64,000 nt of DNA from Candidatus Poriferihabitaceae bacterium (GCA_965237485.1 CBDEFQ010000006.1:273506-337505); one strand, 5' to 3'; numbered from the stretch's first letter, positions 41,020-52,416 are shown. The notes: generated by a model not told the origin, from the letters alone. Numbers and translations: made by a program.

Positions 41020-41468
41020 ATAATACATTCGTATCTGCTACAGACAAAGCTACGGTGCAACGAGAGGCGCAGCTAATGTTGGGGATATATGTTCTTTTGG
41101 GTTGCTTGTCATGGTATTACCAGAACAATACATTGTTGTTTGTGTGGATATTGCCTTTGTTAATAGGCCAGCCGTTTTTGCGCTTATTTTTATTGGCAGA
41201 ACATGAGGGGTGCGCGAACTCGAACAATATGTTTGAAAATACCCGCACGACACTAAGTAATTTTGCCGTGCGCTTTATCACTTGGAATATGCCTTACCAT
41301 ACAGAGCATCATGTTTTTCCTGCGGCACCGTTTCACCAATTACCTAAGTTACATGAGTTTACTAAACTGCATTTGCAAGTCGTCGCACCCGGTTATGGCA
41401 GGTATCACTTAGCTTGGATAAAGGCCCGACTTTTAGGTAAGGCCTCGGGGGAGTCTGAAAATAGCTGA
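41020..41468 (+). pseudogene. fatty-acid desaturase, 5'-truncated
   Basis: Only the C-terminal part is present (LAEHEGC..., third His box MPYHTEHHVFP). The reading frame is open right up to the IS5 end at 41019, and there is no N-terminal half. Confidence 0.75.
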
Positions 41469-41474
41469 TTAATA

Positions 41475-41614
41475 GAGACTGCAGCATAACTACTGCGCTC
41501 GATAATACGGCGTTAAAAAGTGGCTCAAAATGCTCATTTACTAAGCATAAACTGCGCTTTTTCACCCCTTCTTGCCTTGTCTTATCTTTGCTCGTGACGT
41601 TATGCTGCAGTCTC
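41475..41614. mobile_element. 140-bp MITE (family 2), copy B
   Basis: TIRs GAGACTGCAGCATAAC / GTTATGCTGCAGTCTC. It is flanked by TTAATA (41469-41474 and 41615-41620). It is the inverse-orientation homologue of 6421-6559. Confidence 0.8.
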
Positions 41615-42604
41615 TTAATAGTAATCAGGTTGCTTGCGATGCAAACGTGGGCGTTGTCGACGAGGTTTACGCCTAACGCCCACCCTTTGCTCGCGCCAGG
41701 CAATGATAATCCCGGAAAGGATGATGATAGAGATACCAAGATAGGCGGTGGTGGACGGCTGTTCGTTAAAGAAAATGATGCCGCCTACAGTCACTAGGGG
41801 TAAATAAATATATTCTAGCGGGGCCAACAAGCTAGCGGGTGCGTTTTGATAAGCGATGGCCAAGAAAAAATGCATCAATATACTGCTCACGCCAATGCCA
41901 ACAAGCACGAGCAGCACCAGCGGCTCGGGTGCTAATGGTGGGTGGGTTATAAAATTGCTGACTTCAGAGTCAAGCGGTTGGTAGGCAAACCATATTAAAC
42001 CAATTAAGCCGATAACGGCAAATAATACGCTCAGCCAAAAGGACAAGGCCAAAGGATTTTCGTCTTGGCAATATTTACGTGTGTAGGTATTGGTTAGGGC
42101 GTAAGAAAAGCCACAGCCCAGTGGCCAAAATATTTTAGGGTCAAACTGCGTGGAACCTGGTTGTAATACTAACAGTACTCCTGCAAAACCAATAAGCGCG
42201 CTTAGAATACGCCATATACCCACTCGTTCCTTTAGTATAAAGCGTCCAAAAAATACGGTAAATAAGGGGCTACTAAACAAGCCCGCGGCTACGATCGCAA
42301 TGGGCAATAAACCGATGGCTATGAAGTAGGTTAAAAACGACACAGCCATTAGCAAACTACGAATAAAAACTACGAAGCCGTTCCTGGTCTTTAGGGAGTG
42401 GTCTTTGTTGGCAATAAGCACCACCGCCGCCAATACCGAAGCGCCAATCACCGAACGCATCAGCTGCACCTGCCAAATAGAAACTTGATCGCTAAGCCAC
42501 TTGGTCGCTAGATCACTACCGCTAGCGATTGAGATACCTGCCATCACCGCGCACATCGCAAATAATGCTCTATCTACTCTGGTTCCGGAGGTTTCATTGG
42601 CCAT
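41615..42604 (-). CDS. EamA/DMT-family transporter
   Basis: 329 aa with about 10 TM segments in two EamA-like halves and a basic C-terminal tail. Confidence 0.8.
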   Translation of the reverse strand: MANETSGTRVDRALFAMCAVMAGISIASGSDLATKWLSDQVSIWQVQLMRSVIGASVLAAVVLIANKDHSLKTRNGFVVFIRSLLMAVSFLTYFIAIGLLPIAIVAAGLFSSPLFTVFFGRFILKERVGIWRILSALIGFAGVLLVLQPGSTQFDPKIFWPLGCGFSYALTNTYTRKYCQDENPLALSFWLSVLFAVIGLIGLIWFAYQPLDSEVSNFITHPPLAPEPLVLLVLVGIGVSSILMHFFLAIAYQNAPASLLAPLEYIYLPLVTVGGIIFFNEQPSTTAYLGISIIILSGIIIAWREQRVGVRRKPRRQRPRLHRKQPDYY

Positions 42605-42892
42605 GACGCTACTCGTGTTAATAGCAACTATTCGGGTGTATCACAGCTTTGAAGCTCGAGCGAATAAAAATAGTTCGGTGAACGGTGTTTGTCGTTTATT
42701 TATACTAATTTGGCCACCAATTCCTAATTAGCGACCGTTTGATATTGTACGTCTAAGTGGTGGTATTCTAGATTTGTCGAAGCAGTGCAGCTAAGGATGT
42801 TCTAAAATGCTGGTTCTAGAATAATCTGTGTACATTTGTTATGGCCTCACAGCAAGATAATACAGCCCGGCGAGATTTCTTCTTTCAGTTAA

Positions 42893-44275
42893 CCGGCAGT
42901 CTATTCCAATACAGGAATGATACCGAGAAGTTGATTGTCATTTCTGTTCAAAGATGTTTTTAAAGAGTTTAGTTTTTTCCTCATTGAGTTGTTTTGCTAC
43001 CTCATTATCAGTCATCTGATAAACGATATCGTCAAGCATTGTAAACGAGATGTGAGTTTTAAGATATGACTGTGCATTGGTCAACGATTTGAGTTTTTCA
43101 TAAGGCGTCATCATGTTTCGATATGGATAGGTTTTGACTTGTTTTCCTTTGTTGTTAGTGCTGATCTGTGGGAAGAAACAAGGTCGGTGATAATTCAAAT
43201 AAGGGTTAAGAAAGTCGGTGGCAAATTGATTAATCTCAGGCGCATATTTTTGCGGGATATGCATGAAGCCAAGATGCTTGCGCACGATGGCCCCATTGTT
43301 GCACTCAACTAAGGCATTGTCGTTACGGTGTCTAGCCCTGGATTTGGTCAACTCGATTAATAGCTTATTCAACAATCGCACCACCGATTGGTTAATGTAT
43401 TCACTGCCATTATCGGCATGAAAGCCTTTAATCACAAAGGGGAATTGCTCTAGCATTTGAGTGAGAATAGGCATCAAGAATGGCTCTGATATTTTCTGTG
43501 TAGAAGACACGACTTCAAACGGGGTGATCTCATCAACGGCGTTGATATGATAGACCCCTTTAACCTTGTCCTTATCGCCCTGATGCACTGTATCTACACG
43601 GCTATAGCCAGGTTGACCTTCTGGCTGTGGCTTACGTCTTTGGCCGATAGAAGAAGGCTTGGAATGTGTCTTTTCAAAGTGACGGCGATTGTTCTGGTAG
43701 GGTTTAGATCGGCGTAGATTGTATAGATGAGAAACCGAGATACGTGCCAGGTTGGCATACTCAGTTTGCTCATAGACAACTAAGGCGCGCTCACAGAGTT
43801 TCTTAGTGGCATGGCCTGATAACGTACCGTGGAGTTCATCCATATCTGCTAGAAGCTTAATGTCTTGATTGCTATAGCGTCTAGCAAAGCCCCTTGTGGC
43901 ACGATGTCGCCACTGGATTCTACCGTGCTTGAGATAGCTGGCAGCCAGGCGTTTCACTTGCACATAAGAGTAACCGCTGATGCGTGTGATATAACGCAGC
44001 ACAAGACTCTTATCGGCTCGACCCAGTTTGCTGTATTTGAAACGCATTAAGGTGCGTTTGATGAAATCATAGCGATTGCGTTTACCGTCGATTGCCAGAT
44101 CGATTTCATCAGTGCCTTGTAGCAACAAGCGTGCCTTATCAAGGGTATCTATATGGTGGTCATTCATAATGGTATTCATTCACCATCATGAACAGAAATT
44201 AGATTAGTTCGGTATCATTTCCGATTAGAATCAGTCCCTTCGCTCAGTATCATTTCATGTTGGACAAGACTCCGG
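42893..44275 (-). mobile_element. insertion sequence with an rve (integrase-core) transposase, possibly ISNCY/IS1202-like
   Basis: Imperfect inverted repeats CCGGCAGTCTATTCCAATACAGGAATGATACCGAG (42893-) and, in reverse complement, CCGGAGTCTTGTCCAACATGAAATGATACTGAG (-44275). I could not resolve a TSD. Confidence 0.65.
42938..44179 (-). CDS. DDE transposase with integrase-core domain
   Basis: 413 aa with an rve-type pattern (VDTVHQGD...HADNGSEYIN...NDNALVECNNG). Family assignment is uncertain. Confidence 0.8.
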   Translation of the reverse strand: MNTIMNDHHIDTLDKARLLLQGTDEIDLAIDGKRNRYDFIKRTLMRFKYSKLGRADKSLVLRYITRISGYSYVQVKRLAASYLKHGRIQWRHRATRGFARRYSNQDIKLLADMDELHGTLSGHATKKLCERALVVYEQTEYANLARISVSHLYNLRRSKPYQNNRRHFEKTHSKPSSIGQRRKPQPEGQPGYSRVDTVHQGDKDKVKGVYHINAVDEITPFEVVSSTQKISEPFLMPILTQMLEQFPFVIKGFHADNGSEYINQSVVRLLNKLLIELTKSRARHRNDNALVECNNGAIVRKHLGFMHIPQKYAPEINQFATDFLNPYLNYHRPCFFPQISTNNKGKQVKTYPYRNMMTPYEKLKSLTNAQSYLKTHISFTMLDDIVYQMTDNEVAKQLNEEKTKLFKNIFEQK

Positions 44276-44472
44276 CTGGCTTTTGTTCACTATCTGCGCC
44301 ATTATGTATATGGAAGCCAGTTATAGAAACTGGGATTTAATGAGCTTTCTCGGTAGTACCTTGTTCTTCCTCGCCTGCATCATATTTATGATGCCATTTA
44401 TTCGCGCAATTTGCAGAAGCGAAGTTCCCAAGGCTAATGACAATAATGCATAGCAACTAATGAGGGCAAAGC

Positions 44473-44757
44473 ATGTTTAAAAAAATCTTTGGCAGTTTGT
44501 TTCCCGGTGGCAGTGACAAAGCGCCAACGCAACACGAATCATATGACTACAGCGGTTACATCATCACTCCATGCCCCGTATCGGCAGAGGGCGGTTACCG
44601 GGTGGAAGCTAAAATCGAAAAGGAAATTGATGGCGAAATGCAGTCCCACCACTTTATTCGCTCAGACGTGGCTGGCAGCGAAAAAGCGACCATAGAATTA
44701 ATCATCAATAAAGTTAAGATGTGTATTGATCAGCGGGGTGATCAAATATTTGATTAG
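44473..44757 (+). CDS. small conserved hypothetical protein (possibly the family annotated HlyU-like)
   Basis: 94 aa, MFKKIFGSLFPGG...YSGYIITPCPVSAEGGYRV...HHFIRSD. I recognise the pattern only loosely. Confidence 0.5.
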   Translation: MFKKIFGSLFPGGSDKAPTQHESYDYSGYIITPCPVSAEGGYRVEAKIEKEIDGEMQSHHFIRSDVAGSEKATIELIINKVKMCIDQRGDQIFD

Positions 44758-44785
44758 CGATAGCTGTTGAACTGAACGATTAGGA

Positions 44786-47608
44786 TCATAGTAACTTAGT
44801 TAAATACTGACCAGTAAACGAGGCTTTGACTTTCGCGATTTCCTCCGGCGGCCCCGATGCAATCACTTCGCCGCCGCCGGTGCCGCCTTCGGGGCCAAGG
44901 TCGACCACCCAATCAGCGGTTTTAATGACATCTAAATTGTGTTCAATTACGATAATGGTATTGCCATCATCTCTTAATCGATGAATTACTTTTAGTAGCT
45001 GTTTGATATCTTCAAAGTGCAGCCCGGTTGTGGGTTCATCCAACAAATAGAGTGTGCGCCCAGTATCGCGCTTTGATAGCTCACGCGATAGCTTTACCCG
45101 CTGCGCCTCACCGCCGGACAGAGTGACCGCGCTTTGTCCTAGGGTGATGTAACCCAGGCCGACATCCATCAGCGTATCGAGTTTTCGTTTAATGATGGGT
45201 ATAGCCGTGAAGAACTCGGTGGCCTCTTCGATGGTTTTGTTAAGTACGTCGTGAATACTCAGGCCTTTAAATTTTATATCCAAAGTCTCTCGATTGTAGC
45301 GGCTGCCTTTGCATGCGTCGCAAGCCACATACACATCAGGCAAGAAGTGCATCTCTACTTTTATCATGCCCTCGCCTTGGCAGGCTTCACAGCGACCGCC
45401 TTTGACATTAAATGAGAAGCGCCCAGGCTTATAACCCCGTGCGCGCGCTTCTTGGGTTTGAGTGAAGATATCGCGTATATGCGTGAACAAGCCGGTATAG
45501 GTTGCGGGGTTAGACCGAGGCGTACGACCGATGGGTGATTGATCAATAGCGATGATCTTGTCGAAGTGCTCCAGCCCGGTTATTTCACGGTGTTCGGCGG
45601 CTTCTTTGTGCACCAAGCCTAAGGCGGCGGCAACGGCTGGTTGCAAGGTGGCATTAACTAAAGTTGATTTACCTGAACCCGAAACCCCGGTTACACAAGT
45701 TAATAAGCCAACTGGAAAATCTGCATCCGCATCCCTTAAATTATTACCTCGCGCACCTTTAACACTAAGTACTTTATCTGGGTCGCAAACAGATCGCTTT
45801 TTCGGGACGGCGATTTTACGTTTGCCCGAAAGATACAAGCCGGTAATTGAGTTTTTATTGTTTTTAATATCATCGGGTGACCCTTGTGCGACAATTTCCC
45901 CGCCATGCTTGCCGGCACCTGGGCCAATATCCAGCACGTGATCTGCCGCTTCGATAGTTTCTTGGTCATGTTCGACCACAATAACTGTATTGCCAATATC
46001 GCGCAGATGATTAAGTGTTTGCAATAAGCGCCCGTTGTCGCGTTGGTGTAAGCCAATTGAAGGCTCGTCGAGAATATACATAACCCCCACTAATCCAGAT
46101 CCAATTTGTGACGCCAAGCGAATACGTTGCGCTTCGCCGCCCGACAGGGTATCGGCGGTACGGTCTAGAGTTAAATAATTAAGGCCAACATTAATTAAAA
46201 AGCCTAAACGTGCATCAATTTCATTGAGTATTTTCTCGGCTATCTCAGCGCGTCTGCCTTCAAGCTTAAGCGTGGTAAAAAAGGCGCGACTTTCAGTCAC
46301 CGCCAAAGAAGTGATCTCGTTGATGGGCTGATCGGCCACAAACACATTGCGACTACCTTCGCTTAAGCGACTTCCGCTGCATGTGTTGCAAGCATGGTCA
46401 CTGAAAAATTTACCTAAATATTCCCTAACAGATGGCGACTCAGTATCCATAAAACGCCGCTGCCGATTGGGTATAACCCCCTCGAAAGGGCGCGCTCGGC
46501 TGGGGAAGTGGCCACGGCTGTTTTGGGTGAAATCAACACTCGTATCTCCCGTGCCGAATAAAATCAAATCCTTATGCTTCTGTGCTATTTCTTCGAAGGC
46601 AACATCAATGTCAAAGTGATAGGTATTAGCGAGTGCTTCTAACATACCAAAATAGTAACCACTACGGCGGTCCCAGCCGGGTATTGCACCTTCCGCCAAA
46701 CTTAAACTTGGCTCGGATACGGCTTTGTCTGGGTCCATATACTTGCGAACCCCTAGACCATCGCAGTCTGGGCAAGCACCATGAGGGTTGTTGAACGAAA
46801 ACATTCGAGGCTCCAACTCCGGTAAGCTGTATCCGCAATGTGGGCAAGAAAACTTAGAAGAAAATAGAAGTTCGGTATCCCCTTTGAAGTCTTCGTCAAT
46901 AATTTTTGCGCGCGCTAGGCCATCAGTCAAATTAAGCGCAGTCTCAAACGATTCAGCCAAACGCTGTTTGTTGCTTTCGCGGCACACCACGCGATCGATG
47001 ACTATCTCGATATTGTGTTTTATGTTTTTCTCAAGCGGTGCTAATGCGTCTAGCTCTACCACTACGCCATCAACACGCGCGCGGATATAGCCCTGTGCAT
47101 GCATCTCGCCCAATAGCTGCTGGTGCTCACCTTTTCGCCCCCGTACTACTGGCGCTAACAGCATTAATTTGGTGCCATCGGGCAAATCCAGCAAATGGTC
47201 GACCATTTGGCTAATGGTTTGTGCTTCGAGTTTAATTTTGTGTGTAGGGCAACGCGGCTCACCGATTCGTGCAAATAATAAACGCAAATAGTCGTATATT
47301 TCGGTTACCGTGCCGACGGTTGAGCGTGGGTTATGTGAGCTGGATTTTTGTTCGATGCTAATCGCGGGAGATAAGCCTTCGATAAGATCAATGTCTGGCT
47401 TACCCATCATCGATAAAAACTGACGTGCGTAAGTGGACAACGACTCCACGTAACGGCGTTGGCCTTCGGCATAAATGGTATCAAAAGCCAAAGAAGACTT
47501 ACCCGAACCAGACAAACCAGTGATTACAATGAGCTGGTCACGCGGCAAATCAACGTCAATATTGGCAAGGTTGTGGGTGCGCGCACCGCGGATTTTTATG
47601 TGATCCAT
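44786..47608 (-). CDS. uvrA: excinuclease ABC subunit A
   Basis: 940 aa with two ABC modules ([18 protein letters not shown]), zinc-finger Cys pairs and LSGGEAQR twice. Confidence 0.96.
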   Translation of the reverse strand: MDHIKIRGARTHNLANIDVDLPRDQLIVITGLSGSGKSSLAFDTIYAEGQRRYVESLSTYARQFLSMMGKPDIDLIEGLSPAISIEQKSSSHNPRSTVGTVTEIYDYLRLLFARIGEPRCPTHKIKLEAQTISQMVDHLLDLPDGTKLMLLAPVVRGRKGEHQQLLGEMHAQGYIRARVDGVVVELDALAPLEKNIKHNIEIVIDRVVCRESNKQRLAESFETALNLTDGLARAKIIDEDFKGDTELLFSSKFSCPHCGYSLPELEPRMFSFNNPHGACPDCDGLGVRKYMDPDKAVSEPSLSLAEGAIPGWDRRSGYYFGMLEALANTYHFDIDVAFEEIAQKHKDLILFGTGDTSVDFTQNSRGHFPSRARPFEGVIPNRQRRFMDTESPSVREYLGKFFSDHACNTCSGSRLSEGSRNVFVADQPINEITSLAVTESRAFFTTLKLEGRRAEIAEKILNEIDARLGFLINVGLNYLTLDRTADTLSGGEAQRIRLASQIGSGLVGVMYILDEPSIGLHQRDNGRLLQTLNHLRDIGNTVIVVEHDQETIEAADHVLDIGPGAGKHGGEIVAQGSPDDIKNNKNSITGLYLSGKRKIAVPKKRSVCDPDKVLSVKGARGNNLRDADADFPVGLLTCVTGVSGSGKSTLVNATLQPAVAAALGLVHKEAAEHREITGLEHFDKIIAIDQSPIGRTPRSNPATYTGLFTHIRDIFTQTQEARARGYKPGRFSFNVKGGRCEACQGEGMIKVEMHFLPDVYVACDACKGSRYNRETLDIKFKGLSIHDVLNKTIEEATEFFTAIPIIKRKLDTLMDVGLGYITLGQSAVTLSGGEAQRVKLSRELSKRDTGRTLYLLDEPTTGLHFEDIKQLLKVIHRLRDDGNTIIVIEHNLDVIKTADWVVDLGPEGGTGGGEVIASGPPEEIAKVKASFTGQYLTKLL

Positions 47609-47727
47609 GAAGGCTAAGAACTCGATACGAAAACAAAAACAAACCTGATACTATACGCCCCCGAATACGCTCCGTACAATTAATTTCATACTATTTTATG
47701 CTCAATAGGAAATCGCGTGGTGAACCG

Positions 47728-49083
47728 ATGAATGAGGTTGAGAAAAAGGCAGTTTTCTCGCTTGCGGGTATTTTTGGGCTGCGTATCTTTGGCTTGTTTT
47801 TAATCCTGCCGGTGTTTGCGCTATTTGCTAATGACTTGCCGGGTGCGACGCCTACATTGATCGGAATTACGCTAGGCGCGTATGGGTTAACCCAAGCCTT
47901 GCTGCAAATTCCATTCGGTATTTTGTCTGATCGATGGGGCCGCAAAAAGGCGATCATTTTGGGCCTGATTATTTTCGCTGTTGGCAGTGTGATTGCGGCT
48001 TATGCCGAAACCATATACGGCGTGCTACTGGGCCGCATGATTCAAGGTGCGGGTGCTATTTCTGCGGCAGTGATCGCGCTGCTTGCCGATCTAACCCGCG
48101 ATGATCAACGCACCAAAGCCATGGCTTTGGTTGGAGTAAGCATTGGCTTTATTTTCATGTTGTCGATGATGCTTGGGCCAGTTTTGGATAATCTGATAGG
48201 CGTACGCGGAATTTTCGGCCTAACCGCTGTATTTGCATTGGGTGCAATCGTTATTTTAATTAAAGTGACGCCGAATCCGGTGCAGTCTTCATTGCACCGT
48301 GATGCTGAGCCAGTGCTCAGCCAACTTGGCGACGTGCTGGCCGAGCCGCAACTACGGCGCTTGGATTTCGGAATTTTTAGCTTACATCTAGTACTCACTG
48401 CTTTGTTTGTGGTGGTGCCGTTTGAGCTAGTCGAATTGGGTAATTTGCCCAAGCGTGCGCATTGGCAGGTTTATATTCCAGTCATGCTGATAGCTATTGT
48501 AGGTATGTTGCCATTTGTAGTCTTATCGCAACAAAAATCGAAAATACAGGGCTTATTTATTGGCGCGATTGCATTGCTTATGCTGGCCTTGGTAGTGCTA
48601 GCTTATTCGGTGGGAAATCATTGGCATGGGTTTCTATTGGGCCTCGTTCTATTTTTTGCTGGCTTCAATGCTTTAGAAGCAATGCTGCCTTCACTGGTTT
48701 CGCGTGTTGCACCAGCAGGCAGCAAAGGATCAGCGACGGGGGTGTATAATAGTGCGCAATTTTTTGGTGTATTCGTAGGTGGCAGCGCGGCAGGTTGGTT
48801 GAGTGGGGCGTATGGCGCAAACATGGGTTTTTTATTCTGTTTGTCTGTTATTATTGTCTGGCTTGGTTGGGTGGTAGTGGCACCAGCATTTCGCTTATAC
48901 GACAGTAAAACCATTCACGTTGGTCCGCGTTCAGATGATGAGTTAGCGAAGTTAACTAGACAGCTACTTGCGCTTTCAGGCGTGCAGGACGTAAGTATGC
49001 TAAGCGGAGAAAGTACGGCTTATTTGAAAATCGATACAGCAAAGTTAGACGCAGATACACTCAATAAAGTATTAAAAGCATAG
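47728..49083 (+). CDS. MFS transporter
   Basis: The ORF is open from 47698. ATG at 47728 is preferred. It has 12 TM-like segments and the GILSDRWGRKK loop motif. It occupies the uvrA-divergent, ssb-upstream position, as in Pseudomonas. Confidence 0.82.
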   Translation: MNEVEKKAVFSLAGIFGLRIFGLFLILPVFALFANDLPGATPTLIGITLGAYGLTQALLQIPFGILSDRWGRKKAIILGLIIFAVGSVIAAYAETIYGVLLGRMIQGAGAISAAVIALLADLTRDDQRTKAMALVGVSIGFIFMLSMMLGPVLDNLIGVRGIFGLTAVFALGAIVILIKVTPNPVQSSLHRDAEPVLSQLGDVLAEPQLRRLDFGIFSLHLVLTALFVVVPFELVELGNLPKRAHWQVYIPVMLIAIVGMLPFVVLSQQKSKIQGLFIGAIALLMLALVVLAYSVGNHWHGFLLGLVLFFAGFNALEAMLPSLVSRVAPAGSKGSATGVYNSAQFFGVFVGGSAAGWLSGAYGANMGFLFCLSVIIVWLGWVVVAPAFRLYDSKTIHVGPRSDDELAKLTRQLLALSGVQDVSMLSGESTAYLKIDTAKLDADTLNKVLKA

Positions 49084-49115
49084 ATAAACATATAGTCAAA
49101 TATTAGAGGCAAAAC

Positions 49116-49640
49116 ATGGCAAGAGGCGTAAATAAAGTAATTTTAGTCGGCAATTTAGGGCGCGATCCAGAAATTCGTTACACACCCAGTGGCAGTGCTG
49201 TTGCTAATGTAACGATTGCTACCAGTGATCAGTGGAAAGATAAACAAACTGGTGAGCAACAAGAGCGCACCGAATGGCACCGCATAGTATTTTTTAATCG
49301 CCTTGCTGAAATTGTGGGAGAGTATTTGAAGAAAGGCGCACAGATTTATATTGAGGGCCGATTGCAGACACGAAAATGGCAAGATCAAAGTGGGCAAGAT
49401 CGTTACACCACAGAGATCGTAGCCAATGAAATGCAAATGCTGGGTAGCCGTAGTGGCGGCGGAAGTCAATTTGGTGGCGACAGCAACTTTGGCGGTATGG
49501 GTCAATCTGCCCCAGATCAAGATACGCCGCAAGCCGCACCCCAAAAACAGGCGCCAGCGGCATCAACGCCACCGGCGCAATCTGCTCCAGCAGCAGCCCC
49601 AAGCGCATATGATGAGTTTGATGACGATATTCCGTTTTAG
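49116..49640 (+). CDS. ssb: single-stranded DNA-binding protein
   Basis: 174 aa with [19 protein letters not shown], a Gly/Gln-rich linker and an acidic tip DDDIPF. Confidence 0.95.
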   Translation: MARGVNKVILVGNLGRDPEIRYTPSGSAVANVTIATSDQWKDKQTGEQQERTEWHRIVFFNRLAEIVGEYLKKGAQIYIEGRLQTRKWQDQSGQDRYTTEIVANEMQMLGSRSGGGSQFGGDSNFGGMGQSAPDQDTPQAAPQKQAPAASTPPAQSAPAAAPSAYDEFDDDIPF

Positions 49641-49672
49641 GCGGCTTAGTCTTTAATATTCTAGGTATTGAA

Positions 49673-49697
49673 AATGCACCGCAACGGGCGCATTTTT
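49673..49697 (+). terminator. candidate intrinsic terminator after ssb
   Basis: AATGCACC-gcaac-GGGCGCATT hairpin with one mismatch, followed by T5. Confidence 0.45.
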
Positions 49698-49724
49698 ACT
49701 TTATAAATACCTGATGATTTAGTT

Positions 49725-50522
49725 ATGAACAAAGCAACGAAAATGCCATCGATATACATTCCGCATGGCGGCGGCCCAGCATTTTTTATACAAGGTGAAA
49801 TGCGGGAAATGTTTCAGCCGATGGCTGATTTTTTAGCTGACCTGCCTAGATTGTTGCCTGCGGTGCCCAGCGCAATATTGGTCGTAAGCGCACATTGGGA
49901 AACTTCGATGGTAACCTTGGAAAGCGGCATAAAGCCGCAACTCATTTATGATTATTACGGGTTTCCAGAAGAGATGTATAAGCTGGCTTATCCTGCGGTG
50001 GGTGAACCCAGTTTGGCCAAGCGTGCAGCGAGGCTTTTGTCGGAACATCACATACCCAATACAATTGATGCAGAAAACGGTTGGGACCACGGGGTGTTTA
50101 TTCCCTTAATGGTAATGTATCCGCAAGCAAATATTCCAGTTGTAGCTATGTCTTTAGAGCAAGACATGAACCCAACAAAACACATCGCGATAGGGCGCGC
50201 TTTAGCGCCGCTACGCGATGAAGGGGTGCTTATTTTAGGTAGCGGAAGTAGTTATCATAATCTGGGCCAGTTAAGAAATAGTGGAGAAGGTGGAGAGGAA
50301 TTTAATGATTGGCTATCACAAACCTTATCAGAACAAGGTAGCAAACGAGCCGAACAGCTGGCGCAATGGGAGCAAGTGCCAAGTGCGAGGATGGCCCACC
50401 CCAGAGAAGAGCATCTATTGCCACTGATGGTGGCTTCTTCAGCGGGTAGTGACGAGCCGGGCAGAAAGATTTGGCAGGGCAATATGGGCCCCGCGCCAGT
50501 GGGTGCTTGGGCGTTTGATTGA
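49725..50522 (+). CDS. class III extradiol dioxygenase (YgiD / 4,5-DOPA dioxygenase family)
   Basis: 265 aa with IPHGGGP, VVSAHWE, YDYYGFP and GSGSSYHNL. Confidence 0.82.
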   Translation: MNKATKMPSIYIPHGGGPAFFIQGEMREMFQPMADFLADLPRLLPAVPSAILVVSAHWETSMVTLESGIKPQLIYDYYGFPEEMYKLAYPAVGEPSLAKRAARLLSEHHIPNTIDAENGWDHGVFIPLMVMYPQANIPVVAMSLEQDMNPTKHIAIGRALAPLRDEGVLILGSGSSYHNLGQLRNSGEGGEEFNDWLSQTLSEQGSKRAEQLAQWEQVPSARMAHPREEHLLPLMVASSAGSDEPGRKIWQGNMGPAPVGAWAFD

Positions 50523-50610
50523 TATTGTGATGCTTGTAAACGCTTGAAAAACAGCGTTTTGTCCCTACTAACTGTATTAAGTTGAACATACATTTTTTGG
50601 AAAGATTAAC

Positions 50611-51489
50611 ATGATAAATCGCGTATTTTTATTTCTAGCAACTAACTTTGCAGTGATCACAGTGATATCGGTGGTGGGTAGATTGTTCGGCTTGGATTCG
50701 ATTTTGGCGCAAAACGGCCAAAACATGAGTGGATTACTTTTTATGTGCGCTGCATTTGGCATGATCGGCTCGTTTATTTCGCTGGCGATGTCAAAGTCCT
50801 CTGCTAAGCGCTCCACCGGCGCGCAGGTGATCGAAAACCCTGCAAATGTCGATGAGCAATGGTTGTTTGATACAGTGCAAAATCAAGCGCAAATGGCGGG
50901 TATTGATATGCCCGAGATTGCGGTTTACGATTCGCCTGATATCAATGCGTTCGCAACCGGTATGAAGAAGAATGATGCTTTGGTTGCAGTTAGTTCTGGC
51001 CTATTAAATACAATGACGCGTAAGGAGGCCGAAGCCGTGCTTGCGCATGAGATTTCGCACGTTGCCAATGGTGATATGGTTACACTGTCGCTGATACAAG
51101 GGGTGGTTAATACCTTTGTTATGTTTTTCGCCCGGATCGTGGCACAAGTCATGTCTGGCAATCGCCAAGGTGGCGGTGGTGGAGGAATGGGCTATTTTGT
51201 CACCTATATGATCGCGCAATCCATTTTTGGATTTTTAGCCTCTATCATTGTGATGTACTTTAGCCGTGTGCGTGAATTTAAGGCTGATGAGGGCGGTGCC
51301 ACGTTAGCAGGCAAAGCCAACATGATTGCCGCACTAGAAAGGCTCAATTCTCAACAAGCACCAACTGATTTACCCGAACAAATAGCGGCATTCGGAATTT
51401 CATCAGGTCGCGGTAAATTCGGCAGATTGTTTATGTCACACCCACCTCTACCTGAGCGAATTGCAGTGCTGGAACAATTTAACGGATAA
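50611..51489 (+). CDS. htpX: heat-shock membrane protease HtpX (M48)
   Basis: 292 aa with HEISHVANGD and TM segments flanking the catalytic domain. Confidence 0.92.
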   Translation: MINRVFLFLATNFAVITVISVVGRLFGLDSILAQNGQNMSGLLFMCAAFGMIGSFISLAMSKSSAKRSTGAQVIENPANVDEQWLFDTVQNQAQMAGIDMPEIAVYDSPDINAFATGMKKNDALVAVSSGLLNTMTRKEAEAVLAHEISHVANGDMVTLSLIQGVVNTFVMFFARIVAQVMSGNRQGGGGGGMGYFVTYMIAQSIFGFLASIIVMYFSRVREFKADEGGATLAGKANMIAALERLNSQQAPTDLPEQIAAFGISSGRGKFGRLFMSHPPLPERIAVLEQFNG

Positions 51490-51562
51490 GGATTGCAAAG
51501 CACTATCACCTCGACTAACCTTCGCCTCCCTTTTAAGCTCTAGAAGCGGTTTGAAGGGATTC

Positions 51563-51632
51563 GCAGAGGTGCCAGAGTGGTCGAATGGGCTTGCCTGGAG
51601 TAAGTGTGTCTTTACGGGCATCGGGGGTTCGA
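51563..51632 (+). pseudogene. truncated tRNA-Ser copy 1
   Basis: It lacks the 3' T-stem and acceptor strand. It has G2C in the acceptor stem and a 2-nt deletion in the anticodon loop (CCTGGAGTAAG versus CCTGGAAAGTAAG). Confidence 0.85.
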
Positions 51633-51736
51633 CAAAATCGTCTGGAACGATTTTACACGAGCAAAGCGAGCCCGAAGGGTGAAACCCAGGAAGGGTTGAA
51701 TAATCCCACCCGCAAGGGGAGGGGTGAGAACACAAC

Positions 51737-51808
51737 GGAGAGGTGCCAGAGTGGTCGAATGGGCTTGCCTGGAAAGTAAGTGTGTCTTTACGGACACCGG
51801 GGGTTCGA
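51737..51808 (+). pseudogene. truncated tRNA-Ser copy 2
   Basis: 72 nt, matching the intact gene except one substitution in the variable arm (GGACACC versus GGGCACC). It lacks the 3' 18 nt. Confidence 0.85.
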
Positions 51809-51912
51809 CAAAATCGTCTGGAACGATTTTGCACGAGCAAAGCGAGCCCGCAGGGTGAGACCCAGGATGGGTTGAATAATCCCGCCCGCAATGGGGGGGG
51901 TGAGAACACAAC

Positions 51913-52004
<92 letters not shown>

Positions 52005-52416
52005 ATTTATTTATAAAAACAAAGACTTACGTTTTTGTGCTTTCATTTTATAGGGAATTATATACCTAAATCCGTGAAGCCAATTTCACTAACCACGCTT
52101 CTCAAGTTCCCACTTTTGACTTAACTGCTCTTTAGAAGGCTTTTTATTTTCATATTTAACCTTGTTTTCAGGAAGACTAAATAGAGTTTCTTTGATTGCT
52201 TTCTCGATCTGTTTTTTAGTTGGGTGTTTCATAATTACGTGATTTATAGGCCTGCATTATGTAACAAGTTCGCCATGTGCGTCTTTAACTTTATTCAGCT
52301 TGTTGAACAGCGTGCAAAAATGAACAGTTTCGTGGGTGATCAGCGTACAAAACTGAACACCTTTATTGTTAACTGTCTCGGAGCCATTAATCCGAGGAAA
52401 CTGTCAGGTGATTTGT

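Noticed and set aside
47609-47727. A LexA (SOS) box in the uvrA / MFS-ssb divergent promoter region
   Set aside because: I looked for CTGT-N8-ACAG. The nearest candidate, CTGATACTATACGCCC, lacks the 3' CAG half-site. No convincing box was found.
52089-52232. 47-aa lysine-rich ORF (MKHPTKKQIEKAIKETLFSLPENKVKYENKKPSKEQLSQKWELEKRG) on the minus strand between tRNA-Ser and IS21
   Set aside because: It has no Shine-Dalgarno and no recognisable family, and it lies in AT-rich DNA where such ORFs arise by chance. It might be an island remnant, but I cannot support that.
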